From Alphaproteobacteria bacterium (GTDB taxonomy: Bacteria > Pseudomonadota > Alphaproteobacteria > UBA828): a stretch of DNA of 64,000 nucleotides. Where the stretch lies: positions 2,560,001 through 2,624,000 of the forward strand of contig CBDCCI010000002.1 in NCBI GenBank assembly GCA_965214705.1, in the 5' to 3' direction. Made by a program: the position numbers and the translations under genes. The notes beneath the pieces were generated by a model. The model was not told the origin of the DNA. It ran no database searches and was given only the letters and a program-made list of their open reading frames with translations. This document shows, one piece after another, positions 1 through 10,067 of this stretch. Every line of letters begins with the position of its first letter. The stretch's first letter is position 1.

Positions 1-100
1 CCGTGACCCTGGTGGGAAATGCGGGCTAGGGACGACGGGTTTGATTCGGCGCCGGCCGCTCTCTAGCCTAGCCGGCGAGGTCGAACGGGAGGCACGCGCC

Positions 101-1861
101 ATGGCGAACGTCGACCCCATCACCGTGCAGGTGATCGGCGGCGCCCTGCATACGATCGCGAAGGAGATGGGGCACATGCTTTACCGCATGTCCTACTCCA
201 CGATCATCCGAGAATCGGAAGATCTCGGCGCCGGGCTCTTCGACCGCAACTTCAACACGCTCTGCGAATCGGATTCGACGCCGATGCATATCGGCTCGAT
301 CCCCGGCTATCTGCGGGGCGCCGAGCGCACCATGCACGGCACGTGGCGGCCCGGCGATGTCGTGCTGCACAACCATCCCTATCGCGGCGCGAGCCATGTG
401 CCGGACATCTGCTGCATCGCACCGGTGTTTTACGAGGACGAGCTGGTCGGCTTCTCGGCCAACACGGCGCATCATGTCGACCTCGGCGCCGCGACCCCGG
501 GCATCGTCATCGACATCCCGGACGTGTTCGCCGAGGGCATGCTCTTCTCGGGCGTGAAGCTCTACGAGGAGGACAGGCTGAACCGCGCGCTCTGGCAGCA
601 CATCGAGACCAACACGCGCGTGCCGCGTGACGTGCTGGGCGATATCGAGGCGCAGGTCGCCTCCGCCCAGCTGGGAGTCCGCCGCTTCCAGGAGCTCTAC
701 GAAACCTACGGAAAGGCGACGCTTGAAGCTGCCACGGCCGAGCTGATGGACTATTCGGAGCGGATGCTGCGCCGGCGCATCCGGGAGATTCCCGACGGGG
801 ACTATGTCGCCGAAGGCTTTCTGGACGACGACGGCGTCAACCGGGAGGTACGCCTGCCGGTCAAGGTCACCGTGCGGATCAGGGACGATTCGGCGGTGGT
901 CGACACGACCGGCTCCGCGGCCCAGGTGGCGACCGCCTACAACGTCCCCTTCGAGGGTTCGACCAAGGTGACGTGCTATTTCGCGTTCCGCGCGCTCCTG
1001 CTCGATACGAGCACCACCACCGAATACATTCCCCAGAACCAGGGCTCCTTCCGCCCGATCGAGGTGGTCTCGCCCGAAGGCTCGATCTTCAACCCGAAGT
1101 TTCCGGCCGCCTGCCAATCGCGCTTCGCCCAGTGCCAGCGCCTGGTCGATCTCATCAGCAAGGCGCTCGCGCCGGCGATCCCGGACAAGGTGACGGCCGG
1201 CTGCGGCGCGACCCTCTCGGCCTTCGCCTATTCCGGCGTGCGGCCCAGCGGCGACTATTGGATACTGGTCGAGATCAATGAGTCCGCCTATGGCGGGCGT
1301 CCGGCGTCCGACGGTCCGGATTCGATCGACGAGTTGATGCGCAACACCCGCAACAACCCGATCGAGGATCTCGGCATGCACCTGCCTCTGATCTGCGACC
1401 GCTACGAGCTTCGAGACGATGTGGCGCCGGGCGCCGGGCGCCATCGCGGCGGGCTCGGCATCGTCAAGGTGCAGCGCTTCCTCACGCCGGGCTACGTCGT
1501 CCACGAGGCGGACCGGCACGAGGATGTGCCCTGGGGCTTCCGGGGCGGTGCGCCCGGCACCGTCGGCAGGCTCGAGAAATGGAACGCCGCGGCGCCGGAC
1601 GAGGTGGAGAGCTGGCCGGCCAAGGTGCCGGCGACGCCGACCGAGGCCGGCGACTGCATCGCCGTCTACACGCCGGGCGGCGGCGGCTACGGCGACCCGC
1701 TCGATCGCTCGGCCGCGCTGGTGTGCGACGACGTAGCCGACGGCTTCTACACGGCTGCCGAGGCGCGCGAGAGCTACGGCGTGGTCCTGGACGACTCGCT
1801 GACCGTCGACGAGGCAGCGACCGTGGCGCTCCGCGCCACGCTTCGCCGCGCGAAGGCTTGA
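101..1861 (+). CDS. Hydantoinase B/5-oxoprolinase family protein
   Basis: VDPITVQVI...EMG...SxIIRESED, NHPYRGASHVPD, HHVDLG and TPGGGGYGDP motifs; ATG at 101 preceded by GGGAGG. Confidence 0.9.
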   Translation: MANVDPITVQVIGGALHTIAKEMGHMLYRMSYSTIIRESEDLGAGLFDRNFNTLCESDSTPMHIGSIPGYLRGAERTMHGTWRPGDVVLHNHPYRGASHVPDICCIAPVFYEDELVGFSANTAHHVDLGAATPGIVIDIPDVFAEGMLFSGVKLYEEDRLNRALWQHIETNTRVPRDVLGDIEAQVASAQLGVRRFQELYETYGKATLEAATAELMDYSERMLRRRIREIPDGDYVAEGFLDDDGVNREVRLPVKVTVRIRDDSAVVDTTGSAAQVATAYNVPFEGSTKVTCYFAFRALLLDTSTTTEYIPQNQGSFRPIEVVSPEGSIFNPKFPAACQSRFAQCQRLVDLISKALAPAIPDKVTAGCGATLSAFAYSGVRPSGDYWILVEINESAYGGRPASDGPDSIDELMRNTRNNPIEDLGMHLPLICDRYELRDDVAPGAGRHRGGLGIVKVQRFLTPGYVVHEADRHEDVPWGFRGGAPGTVGRLEKWNAAAPDEVESWPAKVPATPTEAGDCIAVYTPGGGGYGDPLDRSAALVCDDVADGFYTAAEARESYGVVLDDSLTVDEAATVALRATLRRAKA

Positions 1862-2080
1862 GCGCGGTTGCGGCCGGCGCCTTCGGAGCGCGTGCGCGTC
1901 TTGCTTGGCGCGCGCCTCTGGGGAATACTTTCGTCAGTCGCGGTCGGGATCGCGCGTGGCGGTGCGAAGATGCCGCCGGAAAACAAGCGAAGCCGGCCGC
2001 GGGGAGGCGAGAGCGCGGCCGCGGGCCGTAGCGACCCGCAGGCGTCAGCGCCGCAGCACTAGCTGGCGGGAGACGACGCG

Positions 2081-3373
2081 ATGAAAAAATCACGTTCGAC
2101 GAAGCTTCTTCCATCCATTACCCGGCGTTCGGCCTTGAAGGGCGGCGCCGCGGCCGTTGCTGCAACGGCGCTTGGTGGTTTCCCCACCATCTGGGCGCAG
2201 GACATCGAGGACATCGAGATCCACATGCTGGGCTCCGCAGTGTCCCACATCAAGGAACTGGAGCTGATGGCCGAAGAGGCGCTCGGCTTCCAGATCCTGC
2301 AGACGGTGGTCGATTTCGCCACCCTGGGCCAGCGCGCGGCCACCCAGCCGCGCTCCTTCGACACGGTCGAGCCGGCTTATCAGCAGATCAACGCCATCTG
2401 GCCGACCGGGAACTTCCAGGCGGTCGACACCACCAAGCTCGCCTATTGGGATCAGGCGATCGGCCTCTACAAGAAGGAGGGCAAGATCTGGCCCGATGCC
2501 TGGTACGGGCAGGGGCAGCACCCGACCCAGGTGCAGTACACCTCCGCCATCGACAGCCGCGATTTCGTCGAGCCGGAGACCCAGTGGCTCACCATGATTC
2601 CGACCAACCACAATGCCGATACCCTCGGCATCCGGCCCGACCTGATTGGCCGGCCGATCACGTCATGGGCGGAATTCATCAACCCCGAGTTCGAGGGCCG
2701 GGCGGCGCTCCAGAACTTTCCGCAGATCGGACTCATGGACCTCGCCATGGCGATCGAGGCCCAGGGCATGATGACCTACGGCAACAAGGGCAACATGACC
2801 CGTGACGAGATCGATACGACCATCGATTTCCTGATCGAGCTCAAGCAGAAGGGCCACTTCCGCGCGTTCTGGGGGACCTTCAGCGAGTCGGTAAACCTGA
2901 TGCTCTCCGGTGAGGTCGTGATCCAGTCGATGTGGTCGCCGGCGGTGACGGCGGTCCGCTCCCAGGGCGTGCCCTGCATCTACAGCGACCTGGACGAGGG
3001 CTACCGCTCCTGGGGTATCGGCTTCCTGTTGTCGAAGTTCGTCGAAGGCAAGAAGCTGGGCGCAGTCTACGACTTCTTCGATTGGTACTACTCGGGACCC
3101 GCCGGCGCCTTCTTCGCGCGCCAGGGCTACTACATGCCCACACCCGAGCAGACCAGGCAGCACCTGCCGGCCGACGAATGGGATTTCTGGTTCGAAGGCA
3201 AGCCTGCCGTGAACGAGATCAAAGATCCCTTCGGCAACGTGATGGAGAAGCCGGGCGCCGTTCGCGACGGCGGCTCCTGGAAGAACCGCATGGGCCGGGT
3301 CGCCATCTGGAACTCGACGATGGCGGAGAATGCCTACGTCATCCAGCGCTGGAACGAGTTCCTGACGGCCTAG
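2081..3373 (+). CDS. ABC transporter substrate-binding protein, PotD/PotF-like, Tat-exported
   Basis: Twin-arginine signal TRRSALK; SGEVVIQSMWSPAV motif; followed by two permeases. Confidence 0.85.
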   Translation: MKKSRSTKLLPSITRRSALKGGAAAVAATALGGFPTIWAQDIEDIEIHMLGSAVSHIKELELMAEEALGFQILQTVVDFATLGQRAATQPRSFDTVEPAYQQINAIWPTGNFQAVDTTKLAYWDQAIGLYKKEGKIWPDAWYGQGQHPTQVQYTSAIDSRDFVEPETQWLTMIPTNHNADTLGIRPDLIGRPITSWAEFINPEFEGRAALQNFPQIGLMDLAMAIEAQGMMTYGNKGNMTRDEIDTTIDFLIELKQKGHFRAFWGTFSESVNLMLSGEVVIQSMWSPAVTAVRSQGVPCIYSDLDEGYRSWGIGFLLSKFVEGKKLGAVYDFFDWYYSGPAGAFFARQGYYMPTPEQTRQHLPADEWDFWFEGKPAVNEIKDPFGNVMEKPGAVRDGGSWKNRMGRVAIWNSTMAENAYVIQRWNEFLTA

Positions 3374-3540
3374 CGGTGCGCGATTCGGTCGCGACCGTGA
3401 GTACGTTTGATGACCTTGCCGCCCTCGCGATGCCGGCTCTTCGGCGCGTGGCGGGGGCGGCAGCGGGGGTGTCCGGGCGGAGCGGCGCGCAAGCGCGTGC
3501 TCCGTCCGGCTCCGCCGCCTGAGGCGGGTCCGCTCACGCG

Positions 3541-4419
3541 ATGAACGGTGCCGTTGCCGCGCTGACCCCTTACCTCAAGCGCTACAGCTCGGCGCTGCAG
3601 GTCACGCCGCTCAGCGTAGTGCTGCTTCTGTTCCTGGTCGGCCCGGTCATCGTCATCCTGATTTTCAGCTTCTACATTTTCAACGGGTTCTTCATGGAAC
3701 CCGGATTCGTTACCGACAACTACGAAGGCATTTTCACATCGTTCAATACGTTAGAAGCGTATTTGGCCACGTTCAAGATAGCGGCCATAACCTGGGCTGT
3801 TACTTTAGTATTCGGATTTATACTTAGCTACTACTTCGTCTTCGATATTATCGCGTTCCGCTGGAAGATTTTTCTCTTCCTGCTGAGCGTGGTGCCGTTC
3901 TGGACCTCCGGCGTGGTCCGCATGATCTCGTGGATCCCCTTCCTCGGTAAGGAAGGGCTGCTCAACCGTGCGTTGCAGGGCATCGGGGTGATCGACGATC
4001 CGCTCGAGTTCCTGCTGTTCTCCGAGTTCGCGGTGATTGTCTCCTACGTGCACATGTACACGCTGTTCATGGTGGCGCCGCTCTTCAACGTGATGGCGAA
4101 AATCGACCGCTCCTTGATCGAGGCAGCGCGCGATTCCGGCGCCTCCGCCATTCAAATCTTCTTCAACATCATCGTTCCGCTCTGCAAGCCGGGAATCGCG
4201 ATCGGCACGATCTTCGTGGTCGCGCTGGTGATGGGCGATTTCGTCTCGATCCGGGTGTTGAGCGGCGGCCAGGCCGGCACGGTGCTCATGTCCATGCGCA
4301 ATCAGGTGGACGTGCTGCAATATCCCTTCGCCTGCGCCAGCGCCGTGCTGCTGCTGATCGTGCTGTTGATGATCGTTGGCGGGATCATGAGCGTGGTCGA
4401 CGTGAGGAAGCAGCTATGA
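3541..4419 (+). CDS. ABC transporter permease (PotB-like)
   Basis: Hydrophobic helices, VPFWTS and EAA loop (LIEAARDSGA). Confidence 0.9.
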   Translation: MNGAVAALTPYLKRYSSALQVTPLSVVLLLFLVGPVIVILIFSFYIFNGFFMEPGFVTDNYEGIFTSFNTLEAYLATFKIAAITWAVTLVFGFILSYYFVFDIIAFRWKIFLFLLSVVPFWTSGVVRMISWIPFLGKEGLLNRALQGIGVIDDPLEFLLFSEFAVIVSYVHMYTLFMVAPLFNVMAKIDRSLIEAARDSGASAIQIFFNIIVPLCKPGIAIGTIFVVALVMGDFVSIRVLSGGQAGTVLMSMRNQVDVLQYPFACASAVLLLIVLLMIVGGIMSVVDVRKQL

Positions 4420-5291
4420 AGAGTGGCGAGAAGATCCGCCGTGCGCCGGGCTTCATTCCGCGCACGATCTTCTTTTGGCTGTTCATGCTGTTCCTCTACG
4501 GCCCGATTGCGGTGATCGCCATTCTCTCCTTCCAGGGGCCGCAGGGCGGGCTTACCTTCCCGATGACCGGATTCTCGCTCCATTGGTTCAAGGACGTCAT
4601 CGACCCCACCTATATCGGCGATTTCCGCTGGCCGTTCGGCCGCTCGGTAATTCTGGCGCTGATCGTGATGGCGCTGACGGTCCTCGTGTCGTTCCTTGCC
4701 GGCCTCGCCTATCGCAAAGGGTTCGTGGGCGGCACGGTGCTCTTCTATCTCGTGATCACCTGCCTGGTGGCGCCCTCCTTCCTGGTGAGCCTCGGCATCG
4801 GCCTCGGTTTCGCCAACCTGGAGATGCAGACGCAGTGGTGGTCCGGCGGGCTCGGCGCCCATCTGAGCTGGACCATCCCGATCGGGGTGCTGATCATGCT
4901 GGCGGTGTTCGCCCGCTTCGACCGCTCGCTGGAGGAGGCGGCACGCGACCTCGGCGCGACCGAGTGGCAGAACCTGCGCAACGTCGTCATTCCCATCATG
5001 GCGCCGGGCATGATCGCCGTCGGCCTCTTCGGCTTCACCCTCTCCTACGACGAATTCCCGCGCACCTCGCTGGTGACCGGGACCGCGAACACGCTGCCGG
5101 TCGAGATGGTCGCGGTCACCGGAACCGCAGCGACGCCCTCGCTCTACGCGGTCGGCACCATGACCACGGTGTTCTCGCTCGCCGTCATCGTCATCAGCTT
5201 CGTTGCGATCTACTTCGTGCAGGCGCGGCGCGCGGGCCGCGCCCGATCGGTGCAAGCGCGCTACGGGAAGAAACCCGACGAGTCAGACTGA
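4416..5291 (+). CDS. ABC transporter permease (PotC-like)
   Basis: LFLYGPI, EAA loop (LEEAARDLGA), FTLSYDEF; ATGA overlap with previous gene. Confidence 0.9.
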   Translation: MKSGEKIRRAPGFIPRTIFFWLFMLFLYGPIAVIAILSFQGPQGGLTFPMTGFSLHWFKDVIDPTYIGDFRWPFGRSVILALIVMALTVLVSFLAGLAYRKGFVGGTVLFYLVITCLVAPSFLVSLGIGLGFANLEMQTQWWSGGLGAHLSWTIPIGVLIMLAVFARFDRSLEEAARDLGATEWQNLRNVVIPIMAPGMIAVGLFGFTLSYDEFPRTSLVTGTANTLPVEMVAVTGTAATPSLYAVGTMTTVFSLAVIVISFVAIYFVQARRAGRARSVQARYGKKPDESD

Positions 5292-5522
5292 GCCCAGGCT
5301 CGCGAGATTTCACGGTCGCCCCGCTCGGCGCCAGACCGAAAAGCCCGAACAGTTCCGATAGGAGACTTTCAAAGGCAAAGTCGTGCTCGGCGAGAGGGAC
5401 AGGGAGAGGCGGGTAGGGCGGTGGCCGGCAACGCTGATGCCCGACGCGCGCTGCGATAGCACGGGCCGGCGTATCGGAGTATCACTGCCGGCGCGGGGGT
5501 TGCAGGCGGCGGAGTGAGGATC

Positions 5523-5957
5523 ATGAAGCGCGTCCACATCAACATCACGGTCACCGACCTCGACTGCTCGGTCGGGTTCTACACGACCCTCTTCGGCACC
5601 GGGCCGACTGTGCTGAAGCAGGACTACGCCAAGTGGATGCTGGAGGATCCCCGCCTCAACCTCTCGATCTCGACGCGCTGCGGCAACCCCGGCGTCGACC
5701 ATCTCGGCATCCAGACGGAGAGTGCTGACGAGCTGGACACGCTTGCCGGGCGGCTCAAGGCGGCGGGCGAGCGCCACGTCGATCAGGCGGACGCGAACTG
5801 CTGCTACGCGCGCGGTGACAAGACCTGGGTGTTCGATCCCGAAGGCGTGGCGTGGGAGACTTTCCACACCACCGGCGCCATCACGCACTACGGCGAGGAC
5901 CTGGGGCCCGAGACCGGCGCGGCGGACGAGCCGGCCCAGGACGAGCAGGCCGCGTAA
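5523..5957 (+). CDS. ArsI/CadI family VOC (glyoxalase-like) metalloenzyme
   Basis: MKRVHI...YAKWMLEDPRLN...DHLGIQ...CCYA...WVFDPEGVAWETF with vicinal CC. Confidence 0.85.
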   Translation: MKRVHINITVTDLDCSVGFYTTLFGTGPTVLKQDYAKWMLEDPRLNLSISTRCGNPGVDHLGIQTESADELDTLAGRLKAAGERHVDQADANCCYARGDKTWVFDPEGVAWETFHTTGAITHYGEDLGPETGAADEPAQDEQAA

Positions 5958-6011
5958 ACGGCAGCTCCCCTACCCCGAGCCTCGACGCACACATCGTTCA
6001 GGGAGTCTTCC

Positions 6012-7415
6012 ATGTCGTCATCCAATCCGGCGTTCCTCACCGCGACCGAAGCCAGCGAGGCGATCCAGGCCGGGCGGCTCAGTCCGGTGGAGCTCGTGGA
6101 CGCGCTGCTCGACCGGATCGACGCGCACGAGGAACGGCTGCACGCCTTCGCCGCGGTCTACCGCGACGAAGCGCGCGCCGCGGCCGAGGCCGCGCACAAG
6201 GCCATCCGCTCAGGGCACGGCATCGGCCCCTGGCACGGGGTGCCGATCGCGCTGAAGGACATCATCGACATCAAGGGCCGCGTCACCACCATCGGCAGCA
6301 GGCACTGGGCGGATCGCGTTTCACCCACGACCGCGACGCTCGCGCGGCGGCTGATCGAGGCTGGGATGATCGTCATCGGCAAGGCCAATACCGTGGAATT
6401 CGCCATGGGTGGCTGGGGCACCAACCGGCACATGGGGACGCCGCGCAATCCGTGGGATGCCGAGGTGCACCGCGCCCCCGGCGGCTCCAGCAGCGGCTCC
6501 GGCGTCTCGGTCGCCGCGCGTCTCGCGCCCTGGGCCATCGGCACGGACACCGGCGGCTCCGTGCGCATTCCGTCCGCCTGGTGCGGGCTCGCGGGCCTTA
6601 AGGTCACCATCGGCCAGGTCAGCGCCGCCGGCGTGGCGCCGCTCTCACACACCCTCGACACGCCCGGCCCCATGACGCGGACGGTGGAGGACGCGGCGCA
6701 CCTCTACACGGTGCTGCAGGGGCCCGATCCCGCCGATCCGGCGACGCGGCGCCACGTGCCCGACGATGTGTTCCCCACGCTGCGCCGGGGTGTCGCCGGG
6801 CTTCGCCTGGGCGTCATGGCCGAGGCCGAGCGGCACGGCGTGGATGCCGAGGTGCTCGCGGCCTTTGACGCCTCCGTGGAGGTGCTCGAGCAGGCCGGCG
6901 CGCGTTGCGAGACGCTGGCGCTGCCCCGCTCCGCCGCCGAGTACGGCAACAGCGTGGGCAAGCTGATCGGCACGGAGGGCTACTTCCACGTGGGCACACT
7001 GGTGGACGATGAATCACTCCCCATCGACGACGACGTGCGCCCGCGCATCCAGCTCGGCCGCGGCGTCTCCGCCGTCGAATACATGGCGATGATGCGTGCC
7101 CGCGACGAGGACAAACGGGCCGCGCTCGCGGCGATGGAGGGGTTCGACGCCCTGCTCACACCGGGCACGCTGACGCCGGCGCCGGCGGTCTCGGCCATCG
7201 ACCAGACCCAGACGCCCGCCCACTTCACGCGCATGGTCAATTGGCTCGAATTGTGCGCGCTCGTGGTGCCCAACGGCGCCACCGCGAACGGCCTGCCGAC
7301 CTCGCTGCACATCGTCTGCCGCGAACGGGACGAGGCGACGGCGCTCCGCATCGGCCAGGCCTACGAGCAGGCCACCGACTGGCACCTGCGCGTGCCGCCG
7401 GGTCTCGAGGGGTAG
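6012..7415 (+). CDS. Amidase signature (GatA-like) amidase
   Basis: GVPIALKD, GGSSSGS and GTDTGGSVRIP (Ser-cisSer-Lys triad motifs). Confidence 0.92.
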   Translation: MSSSNPAFLTATEASEAIQAGRLSPVELVDALLDRIDAHEERLHAFAAVYRDEARAAAEAAHKAIRSGHGIGPWHGVPIALKDIIDIKGRVTTIGSRHWADRVSPTTATLARRLIEAGMIVIGKANTVEFAMGGWGTNRHMGTPRNPWDAEVHRAPGGSSSGSGVSVAARLAPWAIGTDTGGSVRIPSAWCGLAGLKVTIGQVSAAGVAPLSHTLDTPGPMTRTVEDAAHLYTVLQGPDPADPATRRHVPDDVFPTLRRGVAGLRLGVMAEAERHGVDAEVLAAFDASVEVLEQAGARCETLALPRSAAEYGNSVGKLIGTEGYFHVGTLVDDESLPIDDDVRPRIQLGRGVSAVEYMAMMRARDEDKRAALAAMEGFDALLTPGTLTPAPAVSAIDQTQTPAHFTRMVNWLELCALVVPNGATANGLPTSLHIVCRERDEATALRIGQAYEQATDWHLRVPPGLEG

Positions 7416-7498
7416 CCGACCCTAACCCCGGACCATGGTGCGGTGCACGATGCCTGCCGTCCGCGCCAGACTCGCGCCATGCGAAACGAAGGTGAACA

Positions 7499-7513
7499 GG
7501 GCACCGCAGTTGC
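7499..7513 (+). promoter_or_regulatory. Possible sigma-54 (-24/-12) promoter
   Basis: GGGCAC-CGCAG-TTGC fits TGGCAC-N5-TTGC spacing with one mismatch, upstream of the deacetylase operon. Confidence 0.3.
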
Positions 7514-7574
7514 GGCAAGATAGCGCTTACCAGTCAAGTGGCCGCAGCCCGCGCAGGCCGCCGCTCGTCCCGAG

Positions 7575-7634
7575 GAATTCCACTCATCCCGCCTAATCCC
7601 ACTCAATTCCACTTAATCTCGGCAAATCCCACGT
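7575..7634. repeat. Degenerate 10-bp tandem repeat, 6 units
   Basis: GAATTCCACT CATCCCGCCT AATCCCACTC AATTCCACTT AATCTCGGCA AATCCCACGT. Confidence 0.6.
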
Positions 7635-7722
7635 CTCTTCCTGCGCCGCCGGATCGGCACCGGTTGTCAGGGCCCGCTGGCTTCCATAGTCTCCGCGCCA
7701 ATCAAGCCGAGAGGAGGTCGCG

Positions 7723-8625
7723 ATGGCCAAGAAGGAAATCTTCGTGGGGATCGGCGTGGACGTCGATTCGGTGGCAGGGCAAATCGGCTCCTATGCCGGC
7801 GGCGATTCGCCGAGCGACATCTCGCGGGGCGTGTTCGCCTCCGAGGTCGGAACCCCCCGCATGCTCAAGCTGTTCGACCGGGTGGGCATTCAGACCAGCT
7901 GGTTCATTCCCGGCCATTCGATCGAGACCTTCCCCAGGGAGATGAAGGCGGTCGCGGCGGCGGGGCACGAGATCGGGCTGCACGGCTACACCCACGAGAA
8001 CCCGATCGCCATGACGCCCGAGCAGGAGGCGGACGTCCTCGACAAGTCCCTGGATCTGGTTACCAAGCTCGCCGGCAAGGCGCCCACGGGCTATGTCGCG
8101 CCCTGGTGGGAGATGAGCGCGTATACGCCGCACCTGCTGATGGAGCGCGGCATCAAGTACGACCACAGCCAGATGCACAACGACTTCGAGCCCTACTGGA
8201 TGCGGATCAACGAGGAGTGGACGTTGATCGACTATTCCAAGCCGGCGAAGTCGTGGATGAAGCCGATGAAGAAGGGCACCACCTTCCCCATCGTGCAGAT
8301 CCCCGGCAGCTGGTACCTCGACGACCTGCCGCCGATGATGTTCATGAAGAAGGTGCCGAACTCCGGCGGCTGGACCAACCCGCGCGACATCGAGGAGTGG
8401 TGGCGCGATCAATTCGACTGGGTCTATCGCGAGATGGACTACGCGGTCTACACGCTCACCATCCACCCGGACATCTCGGGCCGGCCGCAGACGCTGCTGA
8501 TGCTGGAGCGGATCATCGCCCACATCGCCAACCATGAGGGGGTGATCTGGGCGACCTTCGACGAGATCGCCGACGATTTCATCAAGCGCCGGCCGTTCAA
8601 GGGCAAGCGGCAACGGAAGAAATAG
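7723..8625 (+). CDS. Polysaccharide deacetylase (CE4) family hydrolase, HP0310/PgdA/PuuE-like
   Basis: [33 protein letters not shown] motifs; SD GAGGAGG. Confidence 0.9.
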   Translation: MAKKEIFVGIGVDVDSVAGQIGSYAGGDSPSDISRGVFASEVGTPRMLKLFDRVGIQTSWFIPGHSIETFPREMKAVAAAGHEIGLHGYTHENPIAMTPEQEADVLDKSLDLVTKLAGKAPTGYVAPWWEMSAYTPHLLMERGIKYDHSQMHNDFEPYWMRINEEWTLIDYSKPAKSWMKPMKKGTTFPIVQIPGSWYLDDLPPMMFMKKVPNSGGWTNPRDIEEWWRDQFDWVYREMDYAVYTLTIHPDISGRPQTLLMLERIIAHIANHEGVIWATFDEIADDFIKRRPFKGKRQRKK

Positions 8626-8639
8626 GCCGCTCGCCCGCG

Positions 8640-9002
8640 ATGTGCGCGCTTTGCGGCGTCCTCACCGACGGCCCGCACTGGACTGAGGCAGGCACCGATG
8701 CAGGCCGGAGCGACGCGGCGCCGACCGGCCGGGAGCGGCACCTGGAGCGCACGCGCCGCCTCGCGCTGCTGAACCGCGTGCTCGGCGCCTACGGCTGCAC
8801 CGCCGACGACTGGGCCGGCGCGCAATACATGTTGCACAGGCGGAGCGGTGGCGCGACCGAGATGGCGGCCGATCTGCCGACGCTCTGGGCCGCCGTCGAA
8901 GGGCTGGTCGGGTACGCGCCCGACCCGCTCGACCCCGCCCTGGTGGAGCAGCTCGAGGCAGCGCCGTCAGCCGGGGGCCGCGCTTCCCGGCGGCGGGCGT
9001 AG
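8640..9002 (+). CDS. Small hypothetical protein with N-terminal CxxC (MCALCG...HWTE...DW...DPLDP)
   Basis: Tightly packed between deacetylase and COG0523 genes; clear paralog at 36186-36539. Confidence 0.75.
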   Translation: MCALCGVLTDGPHWTEAGTDAGRSDAAPTGRERHLERTRRLALLNRVLGAYGCTADDWAGAQYMLHRRSGGATEMAADLPTLWAAVEGLVGYAPDPLDPALVEQLEAAPSAGGRASRRRA

Positions 9003-9007
9003 GGGCG

Positions 9008-10057
9008 ATGGCGACTTACACGCGGCTCACCCCGGTGATCGTCGTCACCGGCTTCCTCGGCAGCGGCAAGACGACGCTGCTCAACCACATGCTGCGCCAC
9101 CCTTCCCTCGCCGACGCCGCGGTGCTGGTGAACGAGTTCGGCGCCGTGGGGCTCGACCACTTCCTGGTCGAGGCGATGGACGAGAACACGGTGCTGCTGG
9201 AGAGCGGCTGCCTCTGCTGCACCATCAGGGGCGACCTCAAGGACGCGATCATCGACCTCAACAGCCGGCGCGCCCGCGGCGAGATTCCGCCCTACCGGCG
9301 GCTGATCGTCGAGACCACGGGGCTCGCGGACCCGGCGCCGATCCTGTTCACGCTGAGCGCGGACACGGTGCTGAAGCACCACTACCGCCTGGGCTCGGTG
9401 ATCACGACGGTGGATGGCGTGAACGGGCTCCGGCAGCTCAAGCGCCATCCGGAATCGGTGAAGCAGGCGACGGTGGCGGACCGGATCGTGCTGACCAAGC
9501 CCGACATCGCCGACGCCGACACGCTTGCCCGGCTGCGCGCCAAGCTCACGAGGCTCAACCGCTCGGCCGACCAGATCACCGCCGTGAACGGCGAGGTGAA
9601 TGTGCCGCGCGTGCTGCGCGCCGATGTCTACGATGCGCGCACCAAGGGCGCCGAGGTGCGCCGCTGGCTTGCCGACGAAGCGGCGAAGGACGCGGCGGCA
9701 GACCACGCCCACGGGCACGGCCGCGACGTCTCGCGCCACGACGAGCACATCCACTCCTTCACGCTGAGCTTCGAGGGCGCGCTGGACTGGACCGCCTTCG
9801 GCATCTGGCTGACCATGCTGCTGCACACCCACGGCGAGAAGGTGCTGCGCGTGAAGGGCATCCTCAACGTCGCAGGCACGGACGCGCCGGTGGTGGTCAA
9901 CGGCGTGCAGCACGTGGTCCACCCGCCGATCCATCTCCGCGCCTGGCCGAGCGGCGACCGCCGCTCGCACATCGTCTTCATCGTCGACGACCTCGCACAA
10001 GCGGACATCGAGCGCTCGCTCGCCGCCTTCAACAACATCGCCGCCGAGGCGGCCTGA
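9008..10057 (+). CDS. COG0523/CobW family metallochaperone GTPase
   Basis: GFLGSGKTT, NEFG, GCLCC metal motif, ETTGLADP, His-rich linker DHAHGHG, LRVKG. Confidence 0.93.
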   Translation: MATYTRLTPVIVVTGFLGSGKTTLLNHMLRHPSLADAAVLVNEFGAVGLDHFLVEAMDENTVLLESGCLCCTIRGDLKDAIIDLNSRRARGEIPPYRRLIVETTGLADPAPILFTLSADTVLKHHYRLGSVITTVDGVNGLRQLKRHPESVKQATVADRIVLTKPDIADADTLARLRAKLTRLNRSADQITAVNGEVNVPRVLRADVYDARTKGAEVRRWLADEAAKDAAADHAHGHGRDVSRHDEHIHSFTLSFEGALDWTAFGIWLTMLLHTHGEKVLRVKGILNVAGTDAPVVVNGVQHVVHPPIHLRAWPSGDRRSHIVFIVDDLAQADIERSLAAFNNIAAEAA

Positions 10058-10067
10058 GGAGAGCATC

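Noticed and set aside
7522-7530. AGCGCTTAC resembling an IS66 right end
   Set aside because: Only 9 bp, with no partner end, duplication or transposase remnant
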